Assembly: GCA_035279985.1 (NCBI GenBank)
Contig: DATEGR010000067.1
Span: forward strand, 1 to 46,557
Direction of reading: 5' to 3'
DNA length: 46,557 nt
DNA from: Verrucomicrobiia bacterium
GTDB lineage: Bacteria; Verrucomicrobiota; Verrucomicrobiia; Limisphaerales; UBA11358
Part shown: in pieces, positions 35,861-44,482 of the stretch
Numbering within the stretch: the first letter of the stretch is position 1
Layout of the letters: every line of letters begins with the position of its first letter
Notes under the pieces: generated by a model
Database searches by the model: none
What the model was told of the DNA's origin: nothing
Seen by the model: only the letters and a program-made list of their open reading frames with translations
Made by a program: the position numbers and the translations under genes

Positions 35861-37354
35861 CTAACGCTTCAGTTTTCTTTCCAGAATCTCGCCGGCCAGC
35901 GCCGGATTGGCTTTGCCCTTGCTCAATTTCATGACCTGACCCTTGAGGAAATTCAGCGCGGCGGTTTTTCCGGCCTTGAAATCGGCCACCGGACCGGGAT
36001 TGGCCGCCATCGCCTCATCACAGAATTTTTCGATCGCACCGGTGTCGCTGACCTGGGCGAGGCCTTTTTCCTGAACGATCGTTGTGGGTGATTTGCCCGT
36101 GTCGAACATTTCAGCAAACACCTGTTGTGCCGTGGAACTGCTGATGGTTTTGGCTTCAACGAGATTAACCAATTCAATGAATGCCTCCGGCTTGAATTTC
36201 AAATGCTGTAGGACAGGCGTCGCGCCTGTCTCTAACTTTTCTGTTTTGCCTTGAATGGAGACAGGCGCGACGCCTGTCCTACACTCATTCGCCTCCGCCA
36301 GTTTGGCCCGCAAATTATTGATGACCCAGTTCGCCACGGCCTTCGGATTCTTCGATTGCTTTGCAATGCCTTCAAAATAATTGCCCAACGATACATCGTT
36401 CTTGAATGTCTCGGCGTCACCGGCGGGCAGGCTGTAATCTTTCATAAACCGCTGCTTGCGCGCCAGCGGCAATTCGACCGCCCGGGATTTTACGTCGGCC
36501 ACCCATTGTTCCGTCGGTTCAAACGGCATCAGGTCCGGGTCGGGGAAATAGCGGTAATCGTGCGCGAATTCCTTGGTGCGCATTTCTTCGGTCACCCCCG
36601 CCACGTCGTCCCAACGGCGCGTGGATTGAATCAGTTTGCCGCCCTTTTTCAGCACTTCAATCTGGCGCGGGATTTCGTATTCCAGCGCGCGGCGCACGCC
36701 GGAGAAACTGTTCATGTTCTTGATTTCAATCTTAGCGCCCAACTCCTTCGTGCCGACCGGGCGCACGCTCACGTTCACGTCGCAGCGCACCATGCCCTTT
36801 TCCATGTCGCCATCACTGATGTTTCCATAACGAAGAATCTCCACCAACGCATTGAGGTATGCGTAGGCCATGTCCGCGCCGCTGAGGTCGGGTTCGGAGA
36901 CAATTTCCATAAGCGGCACGCCGGCGCGGTTGAAATCCACGCCGCTGTTGCGCTCGAAATGGAAGCTCTTGCCCACGTCTTCCTCCAGATGCGCGCGGGT
37001 AATGCGGATGCGGGAGATGCCGCCGTTGAACTCGAAATCCACGTAGCCATTCGTGGTGGACGGTTGGTCGTATTGGGTGATCTGGTAATTCTTCGGCATG
37101 TCCGGATAGAAATAATTCTTCCGGTCGAACTTCGCGCGCGCGGGAATCTGACAGTTCAACAACAAACCGGTGAGCGCGGTGAGCCTCAGCGCTTCCGCGT
37201 TGGCGGCGGGCAGCACCCCCGGCAAGCCGAGACAGACGGGGCAGACGTTGGTGTTGGGCGGCGCGCCGAAGGCGTTGGCGCAGCCGCACCACATCTTCGA
37301 TTTGGTTTTAAGCTGGACGTGGGTTTCCAGGCCGATGACCGCTTCGTAATCCAT
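35861..37354 (-). CDS. gatB: Asp-tRNA(Asn)/Glu-tRNA(Gln) amidotransferase subunit B, carrying a 25-aa in-frame insertion
   Basis: YEAVIGLETHVQLKTKSKMWCGC ... NVCPVCLGLPGVLP ... RITRAHLEEDVGK ... C-terminal GatB/YqeY tail KGKANPALAGEILERKL. The insertion is described under 36208..36282. Confidence 0.92.
   Translation of the reverse strand: MDYEAVIGLETHVQLKTKSKMWCGCANAFGAPPNTNVCPVCLGLPGVLPAANAEALRLTALTGLLLNCQIPARAKFDRKNYFYPDMPKNYQITQYDQPSTTNGYVDFEFNGGISRIRITRAHLEEDVGKSFHFERNSGVDFNRAGVPLMEIVSEPDLSGADMAYAYLNALVEILRYGNISDGDMEKGMVRCDVNVSVRPVGTKELGAKIEIKNMNSFSGVRRALEYEIPRQIEVLKKGGKLIQSTRRWDDVAGVTEEMRTKEFAHDYRYFPDPDLMPFEPTEQWVADVKSRAVELPLARKQRFMKDYSLPAGDAETFKNDVSLGNYFEGIAKQSKNPKAVANWVINNLRAKLAEANECRTGVAPVSIQGKTEKLETGATPVLQHLKFKPEAFIELVNLVEAKTISSSTAQQVFAEMFDTGKSPTTIVQEKGLAQVSDTGAIEKFCDEAMAANPGPVADFKAGKTAALNFLKGQVMKLSKGKANPALAGEILERKLKR
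36208..36282. repeat. REPIN-like double palindrome (two inverted 25-nt GTAG-hairpin arms + 25-nt spacer) inside gatB
   Basis: 36208..36232 GTAGGACAGGCGTCGCGCCTGTCTC is the exact reverse complement of 36258..36282. Each arm is itself GTAG + hairpin (GACAGGCG-TCG-CGCCTGTC). Total length is 75 nt (25 codons) with no stop codon, read as CRTGVAPVSIQGKTEKLETGATPVLQ. Confidence 0.85.
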
Positions 37355-37480
37355 AATTGCGGGAGAAGTTTAGCCGTGGACGGACGCGGATGCACACGGA
37401 TTTTTCAATCGCAGGAAAGACAGTGCGACAATTCCAGGGCGGCCATGTTGTCTGTTTACGGAAGAACTGACCGGAAGTCT

Positions 37481-39916
37481 TCATGGAAACGTTCTGGCCC
37501 GATAGAAGCGATCAGGGAAAAGTGCCGCATCCGGGTCGAGGAAATCAAACGGGCTTGAGCTGTTTGTGGCCAATGGTGCCCAGGACGTGAGATTAGTCGA
37601 CGCTTCGATCGTATAGGTTGTGCCGAGACTGGCGGTGACGCGACACTGGAACGGGCCGCCGGCTGACCACATGGGATGGTCCAAACGTGTTACCGCCGGG
37701 GGAGTGAATGTCAATTGTCCGTTATATCGACCGATGCCGGAGGAGGGTTTGTCTCCGGCCACAAGTAACCGGCCACCCGCATAGATGTCGTTTCCGGCGT
37801 TAGCCACCGCAGTCATGAAAGCGGGACTGAGGCCGGACGCGCTTCTCTGGAGTCCGCCGCCGCCCAAAGCGGACCAGCTTGCCCCATCCCATTTTGCGAT
37901 GCCGTTGGCCGTCACGCCACCGGCATTGGTAAAGCTCCCGACGATATACAGATTGGCACCGTCATACGCCATGGCCAAGACTGCCGGAGAACTGCCGCCG
38001 GTCACCCCGCTGCCCAATCCCGACCAACTGCTGTAACCTTGGGCCAGGCGATTGACGCTGGTGCCGCCGGCCGTGGTGAAAGTGCCACCGATGTACAGGG
38101 CGGTCGGGGTGATCGGAATAATGGAATTCACCGTGCCGTTGACACCATTACTCGAAGTACTATTCAGCGGTCCCCAGGTGGTTCCGTTCCATTGGGCGAT
38201 GTGGTTGGCGTTGACCCCGCCGGCAATGGTGAAATTTCCACCGACAAAAGAAACCCCGGGAGTGATGGCAATGGCCGTCACGTTGCTGTTCAAGCCACTG
38301 CCCAAGGCCAACCAGCTGCTCCCGTCCCATTTCGCAATGTAATTCGCACTGCCACCGCCTGCGCTGGTAAAACTTCCGCCGACGTAAACATCACTGCCGC
38401 TGAGCGCGATGGCTGACGCAGGTCCGTTCAGACCGGAGCCCAAGGCCGACCAGCCGCTGCCATCCCATTTGGCCACATTATTGGCGCTGACCCCGCCGGC
38501 ATTGGTAAAATTTCCTCCCACATAGACATTGCTGCCGCTGACCGCGATGGCTGAAACAACTGTGGTCGAAAAATCATTGGATCCTCTTACTCCGCTGCCC
38601 AAGGGTGACCAATTCGTTCCGTCCCATCGGGCGATGTAATTGGCCTCCACCCTCCCCACCGATCGGAAAAACCCGCCGGCGTAGATGTCAGCTCCATTTA
38701 CTGCCAGAGCGCGCACGGAATTCAGCACCGGACTGGGACCAAAAGCCCCTTCGTCAAAGCCGTCGCCAATTGTTGCCCAGCTCGAACCGTTCCAAATCGC
38801 CAGGCCGCCGGCTGGCAAAGCTCCAGCCTGATCAAAAATTCCTCCAACGTAAATCTGCCCGCCTGACCCAACGGCCAGGCTAAGCACATAGCCCGGTTGG
38901 GTTTCGCTCGTAATGCCGGCGGACAAGTTCGTCCAGGAATTACCATTCCACCCGGCAATGTTTTGGGCAGACACGCCACCCGCATTGGTGAAACCGCCCC
39001 CGACCAGAAGTTCATTGCCGATACGGGCAATGGTATAAATCACACCGAAGCCTCCCGAAACTCCGCCGCCGAGTGCCGACCAATTGCTTCCATCCCATTT
39101 CGCAATATTGGTCACGGCAACGTTTCCGGCAGTCACAAACTGGCCGCCAACATAGATATTGCTGCCGTCGAGCAGGATGTCCCCAACGCCGCCAGTGGTG
39201 TCCCCGATGCCACCGTTAAACCCGGACCAATTCGTGCCATCCCATTTGGCCAGATTGATCGCCGCCACACCGCCGGCGTTGGTGAACGTGCCGCCGACAT
39301 AAAGGTTTGTCCCGTCGGTCCTCAATACTTTTACCAACACGTTGCTCGCTCCGACGACACCGCTGCCCAACGGCAACCAGTTCGTTCCGTCCCACCGGGC
39401 AAGGTGGTTGATCGCCACGGCTCCGGCGTTGGTGAAATCACCCCCGGCGTAAAGAACGCCGCCGAAAAACGTCAGGGTGAACACATTGCCATGAAGCCCC
39501 GACCCCAATGAAGACCAATTTGTGCCGTCCCACCGGGCAACATTGGTCACACTCAGGCCCCCGGCGCTGATCATGGATCCGCCAACATATACATCGCTGC
39601 CGCGATACACCATTGCCCACGCAATGTCGGTGGCTCCCAGGCCGCTCCCCAGGGCTGACCAGCGCAACCCATCGAATCTCGCCACCCCGTTGACGATGAC
39701 CCCTCCAACCGTTCTAAAATTACCACCCACGTAAACGTCACTGCCGTTCGTGGAAACCGTATAAACATCCGCATCGGTGCCCGGCGGACCAAACTGGAAG
39801 TCCCAATGTTCATCACCGCTGACGCCGCGCGTGCTTACCGGCAGCCCGAAAGCGGCCACCACTAGCAGCAAAACCGGGAATACAGAATTCGAAGCTGGTC
39901 TTTCCTTGATCGACAT
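37481..39916 (-). CDS. Secreted beta-propeller repeat protein (~14 Kelch/galactose-oxidase-like blades) with the shared C-terminal FYR-type domain
   Basis: Signal peptide. Repeats of ~45-50 aa with the pattern YVGG.FT.AGGV.A..IA.WDG..WS.LGSG. Tail YTIEASTNLTSWAPL...DRFYRARTFP. Confidence 0.8.
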   Translation of the reverse strand: MSIKERPASNSVFPVLLLVVAAFGLPVSTRGVSGDEHWDFQFGPPGTDADVYTVSTNGSDVYVGGNFRTVGGVIVNGVARFDGLRWSALGSGLGATDIAWAMVYRGSDVYVGGSMISAGGLSVTNVARWDGTNWSSLGSGLHGNVFTLTFFGGVLYAGGDFTNAGAVAINHLARWDGTNWLPLGSGVVGASNVLVKVLRTDGTNLYVGGTFTNAGGVAAINLAKWDGTNWSGFNGGIGDTTGGVGDILLDGSNIYVGGQFVTAGNVAVTNIAKWDGSNWSALGGGVSGGFGVIYTIARIGNELLVGGGFTNAGGVSAQNIAGWNGNSWTNLSAGITSETQPGYVLSLAVGSGGQIYVGGIFDQAGALPAGGLAIWNGSSWATIGDGFDEGAFGPSPVLNSVRALAVNGADIYAGGFFRSVGRVEANYIARWDGTNWSPLGSGVRGSNDFSTTVVSAIAVSGSNVYVGGNFTNAGGVSANNVAKWDGSGWSALGSGLNGPASAIALSGSDVYVGGSFTSAGGGSANYIAKWDGSSWLALGSGLNSNVTAIAITPGVSFVGGNFTIAGGVNANHIAQWNGTTWGPLNSTSSNGVNGTVNSIIPITPTALYIGGTFTTAGGTSVNRLAQGYSSWSGLGSGVTGGSSPAVLAMAYDGANLYIVGSFTNAGGVTANGIAKWDGASWSALGGGGLQRSASGLSPAFMTAVANAGNDIYAGGRLLVAGDKPSSGIGRYNGQLTFTPPAVTRLDHPMWSAGGPFQCRVTASLGTTYTIEASTNLTSWAPLATNSSSPFDFLDPDAALFPDRFYRARTFP

Positions 39917-39939
39917 GAGTCGCGTTCTGAAGCCCCAAA

Positions 39940-39968
39940 GCTATAAACTTTCTTCCGTTACTTGTCAA
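39940..39968 (-). promoter_or_regulatory. Sigma-70-like promoter candidate for the propeller gene
   Basis: The minus strand reads TTGACA, a 17-nt spacer, then TATAGC, ending 24 nt upstream of the ATG at 39916. Confidence 0.3.
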
Positions 39969-40008
39969 TGAAAATGGCGGCAAGAGGAGTTGACCGGCAT
40001 ATGGGGAA

Positions 40009-41871
40009 TTGCATAATCCGCCAATGCCGCTCGTCACCAGCAGCAAAACCAGGCCCGCGTACGATGTCATCATCGTCGGCTCCGGCGCGGCGGGTGGGCA
40101 GAGCGCGTACGTGCTGACGGCGGCCGGGGCCCGGGTGCTGATGCTGGAGGCGGGCCGGAATTATGATCCGATTTCGGAGACGCCGATGTTCAATCCGCCA
40201 CTGCAGGCGCCGTTGCGCGGCGCCGGAACGCCGGACAAACCGTTCGGCTTTTATGACGCCACGGTCAATGGCGGTTGGACGGTTCCCAAAGAGCCGTACA
40301 TGGTCAAAAACCACAAGCGGGGAAACGGCTGGTACGAGGCAACCGACATCGACCTCTGGTCCACGGGACAAAATTTCATGTGGTGGCGGCCGCGGATGTT
40401 GGGCGGGCGTACGAACCATTGGGCGCGTTTCTCCTTCCGGATGGGTCCATACGATTTCAAACCCAAAAGCCGTGATGGCCTCGGTATGGATTGGCCGATT
40501 ACCTATGAAGACATGGCGCCGTACTACGATAAGGTCGAGGCGTTGATTGGCGTTTATGGCACCAATGAAGGATTGGAAAACACGCCCAATTCATCACCGG
40601 GCATCCTTTTGCCGCCGCCCAAGCCCCGCGCCAACGAATTGCTGGCGAAAAAATTCTGCGCCAAACTCGGCATCCCCGTCATTCCGTCGCACGTGGCGGT
40701 TCTGAGCCAACCGCAGGATGCCAATAAAATTCCAGCCCGGTTGCACCCGGACAATCCGGCCGCGGCCCGGGCGCTGGCCGACAACATGCGGACGCGGCTC
40801 GGCTGTTTCTGGGCGACGTCGTGCGGCCGCGGTTGCTCCATCAAGGCCAATTACCAGTCCACCACCGTTCACCTGCCGCCGGCGCTGGCGTCCGGCAACC
40901 TCGACATCATCACCGACGCCATGGTGCGCGAGGTGACGGTTGACGAAAAGGGGAAGGCGACCGGCGTTCATTACATTGACAAGACCACCGGCAAGGAATG
41001 TCACGCATCGGCCCGCGTGGTGGTGCTGGCTGCCAGTGGCTGTGAATCGGCGCGGATTTTGTTGAATTCGAAAACTGCACAGTTTCCAAACGGCCTCGCC
41101 AATCGCAGCGGCAAGGTCGGCCGTTATCTCATGGACACCGTTGGAGCGGGACTGGGCGGCCAGATTCCGATGCTGGAAAACTGCCCGCCTTATAACGAGG
41201 ACGGCGCGTCGGTCATGCATATGTACATGCCGTGGTGGCTTTATCGGGAACAACACGCGGGCCGGTTGAATTTCCCGCGCGGCTACCACATCGAGTTCGG
41301 CGGCGGCCGGCGCATGCCGGAAGCAGGGATGTTTGACGATCTGGAAAATTTCACCGGCGGCAGCTACGGGAAAAAATTCAAGGAGGACATGCGCCGGTAT
41401 TACGGCAGTTTCATGGGCTTTGCCGGCCGCGGCGAAATGATTCCCAATGAGGACAGTTATTGCGAAATTGACCCGGCCAGGAAAGATGCCTGGGGCATTC
41501 CGGTGCTGCGCTTCCATTTCAAATGGTCGGAGCACGAAATCCGGCAGGCAGCCCACATGCAGAAAACCTTCGCCGGAATCATCGAAGCCATGGGCGGCAA
41601 GGTCCTGAGCCCGCCGCAAAGTGACGGCAGAAAGGCCATCGCGCCCGGTGGTGGCATCATTCATGAGGTCGGAACGACCTGCATGGGATTCGATTCCCAA
41701 ACCTCCGTGCTCAACCAGCATTGCCAGTCTTGGGACGTGAAAAATTTGTTTGTCACCGACGGCGGGCCGTTCGTGTCCAACGCGGACAAAAATCCCACGC
41801 TGACCATCATGGCCAATGCCTGGCGCGCGTGTGATTATCTGGCCGGCGAGATGAAGAAAGGAAATCTCTGA
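40009..41871 (+). CDS. GMC-family FAD-dependent oxidoreductase (gluconate 2-dehydrogenase flavoprotein-like)
   Basis: Rossmann motif YDVIIVGSGAAGG. GMC-type C-terminal HEVGTTCMG ... NLFVTDGGPFVSNADKNPTLTIMA. An alternative start at 40024 is possible. Confidence 0.85.
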   Translation: MHNPPMPLVTSSKTRPAYDVIIVGSGAAGGQSAYVLTAAGARVLMLEAGRNYDPISETPMFNPPLQAPLRGAGTPDKPFGFYDATVNGGWTVPKEPYMVKNHKRGNGWYEATDIDLWSTGQNFMWWRPRMLGGRTNHWARFSFRMGPYDFKPKSRDGLGMDWPITYEDMAPYYDKVEALIGVYGTNEGLENTPNSSPGILLPPPKPRANELLAKKFCAKLGIPVIPSHVAVLSQPQDANKIPARLHPDNPAAARALADNMRTRLGCFWATSCGRGCSIKANYQSTTVHLPPALASGNLDIITDAMVREVTVDEKGKATGVHYIDKTTGKECHASARVVVLAASGCESARILLNSKTAQFPNGLANRSGKVGRYLMDTVGAGLGGQIPMLENCPPYNEDGASVMHMYMPWWLYREQHAGRLNFPRGYHIEFGGGRRMPEAGMFDDLENFTGGSYGKKFKEDMRRYYGSFMGFAGRGEMIPNEDSYCEIDPARKDAWGIPVLRFHFKWSEHEIRQAAHMQKTFAGIIEAMGGKVLSPPQSDGRKAIAPGGGIIHEVGTTCMGFDSQTSVLNQHCQSWDVKNLFVTDGGPFVSNADKNPTLTIMANAWRACDYLAGEMKKGNL

Positions 41872-41872
41872 T

Positions 41873-42505
41873 ATGAACGATCCGCAACGCCTGGACCGGC
41901 GCGAAGCCATCAAATGGATGCTGGCCGCGACCGCCACGGTGTCTTTGATGAACTTTCGGAGTTTCGGCCCGCCAGCCCCGGCCGCCACCGGCTACGGTAC
42001 CGATCCCGATTTGTTGAAGGATTACAAACCCGGCGATTTATGGCCGCTGACATTCAGCCGGGAGCAGCGCCGCGCGGTCGCGGCGTTGTGCGACGTCATT
42101 ATTCCTGCCGATGACAAGTCGCCCGGCGCCGGCGGTCTCGGCGTGCCGGATTTCATTGACGAATGGATCAGTGCCCCGTACCCCGGCCAGCAGGCTGACC
42201 GGGAGGAAATTTTACAAGGCCTGGCCTGGCTCGACAAAGAGTCCAAAAGGCGATTTGAGAGAGAGTTTGCGGATTTGAATGACGGCCAAAAGCACCACAT
42301 CTGCGACGACATTTGTTTTGTGCCCAGAGCGAAGCCCCGATTCAAAACCGCTGCCAATTTTTTTGCAAAATTCCGGAACCTGACGGCGGGCGGATTTTAC
42401 ACGACGCCACAGGGCTGGAAGGACATTCAGTATCTCGGCAACGTGGCGCTGGCCAAATTCGAAGGCCCGCCACCGGAAGTGTTGAAGTATTTGAATCTGG
42501 ATTAA
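41873..42505 (+). CDS. Gluconate 2-dehydrogenase subunit 3 family protein (Tat-like signal)
   Basis: N-terminal LDRREAIKWMLAATATVSL. CDVIIPADDKSPGAGGLGVPDFIDEWI is typical of the small subunit paired with GMC flavoproteins. Starts 2 nt after the GMC stop. Confidence 0.75.
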   Translation: MNDPQRLDRREAIKWMLAATATVSLMNFRSFGPPAPAATGYGTDPDLLKDYKPGDLWPLTFSREQRRAVAALCDVIIPADDKSPGAGGLGVPDFIDEWISAPYPGQQADREEILQGLAWLDKESKRRFEREFADLNDGQKHHICDDICFVPRAKPRFKTAANFFAKFRNLTAGGFYTTPQGWKDIQYLGNVALAKFEGPPPEVLKYLNLD

Positions 42506-42579
42506 CGGAGTTCTTTCTTCAGAAAGGCCTGGACTCCGTTCATCATGAATTCGTCTCTCAACTGGTTGCTCTCACCATT

Positions 42580-44124
42580 ATGAAAACATTCATTGTCACC
42601 GCGTTCTTTGCCGGTCTGGGTGTGGTTGGCGCTTCGGCGGAAAGTGCATCCTTGCCGCGCAGCACGCCGGAAGAGCAGGGCATTTCTTCCGCGGCCATTC
42701 TGGCCTTCGTCAAGGCCGCCGATGAGCAATCCACCACCACCCATGCCATCCAAAGTTTCATTCTGGTGCGGCACGGTCACGTCGTGGCCGAAGGCTGGTG
42801 GTCGCCCTATGGCCCGGACAGTCCCCACAAGCTGTTTTCATTGAGCAAGAGCTTTACGTCCACCGCCGTCGGGCTGGCCGTTGCCGAAGGGAAACTCAGC
42901 CTGGAGGCTCCGGTGCTTTCCTTCTTCCCGGAGGATGCGCCGCCGAACCCCGGCACTTATTTGAAGGCCATGCGGGTGCGCGATTTATTGATCATGTCGA
43001 GTGGCCAGGACTCGAACACCGTGGCCCAGGTGGATGAGCGGATGCGCAACTCGGCCCGTTCGGGGGAAAATATAATCAGGACGTTCCTCGCCGCGCCGGT
43101 GGCCTGCAAGCCCGGCACGCTGTTCGTCTATAACACGCCGGGCAGTTACATGCTGTCCGCCATTGTGCAAAAGGTGACCGGTCAAACTGTGTTCAATTAT
43201 CTCCAACCACGGCTTTTCAAACCGCTCGGCATTGAGCGTCCAACCTGGGATGCGAGCCCGCAGGGCATCACGTTCGGCGGCGTTGGGTTGAATATCCGGA
43301 CGGAAGACATCGCGCGGTTTGGGCTGCTTTATTTGCAGAAGGGCGAGTGGAACGGGAAACAATTGTTGCCGGCGTCGTGGGTGGAAACGGCGACCGCGCG
43401 GCAGACTTCCAACGGCAGCGAACCGACCAGCGATTGGGACCAGGGCTACGGCTATCAATTCTGGCGCTGCCGCCACGGACTTTATCGCGGTGACGGCGCG
43501 TTCGGACAGTTCTGCATCGTGATGCCGCAACAGGATGCCGTGGTTGCCATCACCAGCGGGACCAGAGACATGCAGGCCGTCATGAACCTGGTCTGGGACA
43601 AACTGCTCCCCGCCATGCAGCCGACACCGTTGCCGGCAGATCCCGACACCGACCGGAAACTGGAACACGCACTGGCCGGCCTGACGTTGCATCTGCCGCA
43701 GGGTCCAGGCACCTCGGCCATCGCCGCACAAGCGTCGGGCCGGACTTATTTGTTTCCGACCAACGCCCAGAACATTGACGCGGTGACCCTGGAATTCAAA
43801 GGCAAGGACGCGACCCTTGTGGTACGCAGCCTCGGTCAGGAATATCGCATTGCCTGCGGTTCCGGTGTCTGGAAAAAGGAACGGACGGCCTTTACCGCCG
43901 GAGTGGATTCCTGGGTTGCGGCGCCAGTGGAACAACCCGTTGCCGCCAGCGGCGCGTGGACAACCGACGACACCTACGCCGTGAAACTGGCCTATTACGA
44001 AACGCCACTGGCCATCACGTTCACCTGCCGGTTCGCCGGAGACCGCGTGTTGTTGCTCAACGTCGAATACAGTGTGAACTTTGGCCCAACCAATCCGCCC
44101 TTGCTGGTTGGTGAGGCCCGATGA
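42580..44124 (+). CDS. Beta-lactamase-related serine hydrolase (class C/esterase family), secreted
   Basis: Signal peptide MKTFIVTAFFAGLGVVGASA at ATG 42580 (track start 42313). S-x-x-K motif in LFSLSKSFTSTAVG. Extended C-terminal beta domain. Confidence 0.75.
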   Translation: MKTFIVTAFFAGLGVVGASAESASLPRSTPEEQGISSAAILAFVKAADEQSTTTHAIQSFILVRHGHVVAEGWWSPYGPDSPHKLFSLSKSFTSTAVGLAVAEGKLSLEAPVLSFFPEDAPPNPGTYLKAMRVRDLLIMSSGQDSNTVAQVDERMRNSARSGENIIRTFLAAPVACKPGTLFVYNTPGSYMLSAIVQKVTGQTVFNYLQPRLFKPLGIERPTWDASPQGITFGGVGLNIRTEDIARFGLLYLQKGEWNGKQLLPASWVETATARQTSNGSEPTSDWDQGYGYQFWRCRHGLYRGDGAFGQFCIVMPQQDAVVAITSGTRDMQAVMNLVWDKLLPAMQPTPLPADPDTDRKLEHALAGLTLHLPQGPGTSAIAAQASGRTYLFPTNAQNIDAVTLEFKGKDATLVVRSLGQEYRIACGSGVWKKERTAFTAGVDSWVAAPVEQPVAASGAWTTDDTYAVKLAYYETPLAITFTCRFAGDRVLLLNVEYSVNFGPTNPPLLVGEAR

Positions 44125-44208
44125 TTTTTTTCGATTGGTGAGAGGAACGCCACCGGTAAGAACGTTTTTTGTGGTGAGCAATCCGGGTAGTGCCTTGATT
44201 TGAAGTTT

Positions 44209-44255
44209 GGAGTTCCGCGTTGACGCGGTTCGGGGCCGCCTGAAGGCGGAACTCC
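44209..44255. repeat. GC-rich nested palindrome in the intergenic spacer
   Basis: Outer stem GGAGTTCCGC / GCGGAACTCC encloses two competing hairpins, CCGCG-TTGA-CGCGG and CCGCC-TGAA-GGCGG. No U-tract. Confidence 0.4.
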
Positions 44256-44482
44256 GAGCAAATTCACGACAGTACCCAATCCCTTTGGCATTTGACTTTT
44301 CCACTCCGATTCCCTAAGCCGATGGCGATTTCCCATGAAATCAGGAATGCATTCCCGGTCCGTCGGCTCGTTTCAATTCAGCATGAAAAGGTATGTTCTT
44401 CTCCATGCGCTCGCTTTTGGTCGCGAGCGCCGGAATCAATTCTGAAATCAACAACGAAACCGTGAAGCCCAAGGAATAAACG

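Noticed and set aside
36251-37558. 435-aa plus-strand ORF
   Set aside because: It is antisense to gatB, whose identity is unambiguous.
37481-39916. Regular ~140-nt periodicity that could be mistaken for a repeat array or CRISPR
   Set aside because: The periodicity lies entirely within one long ORF and reflects diverged protein blades. There are no identical direct repeats with unique spacers.
40594-41988. 464-aa minus-strand ORF here, and a 439-aa minus-strand ORF at 42985..44304
   Set aside because: They are antisense to the GMC oxidoreductase and the serine hydrolase respectively. Both are Arg/Gly/Ala/His-rich and lack recognisable motifs.
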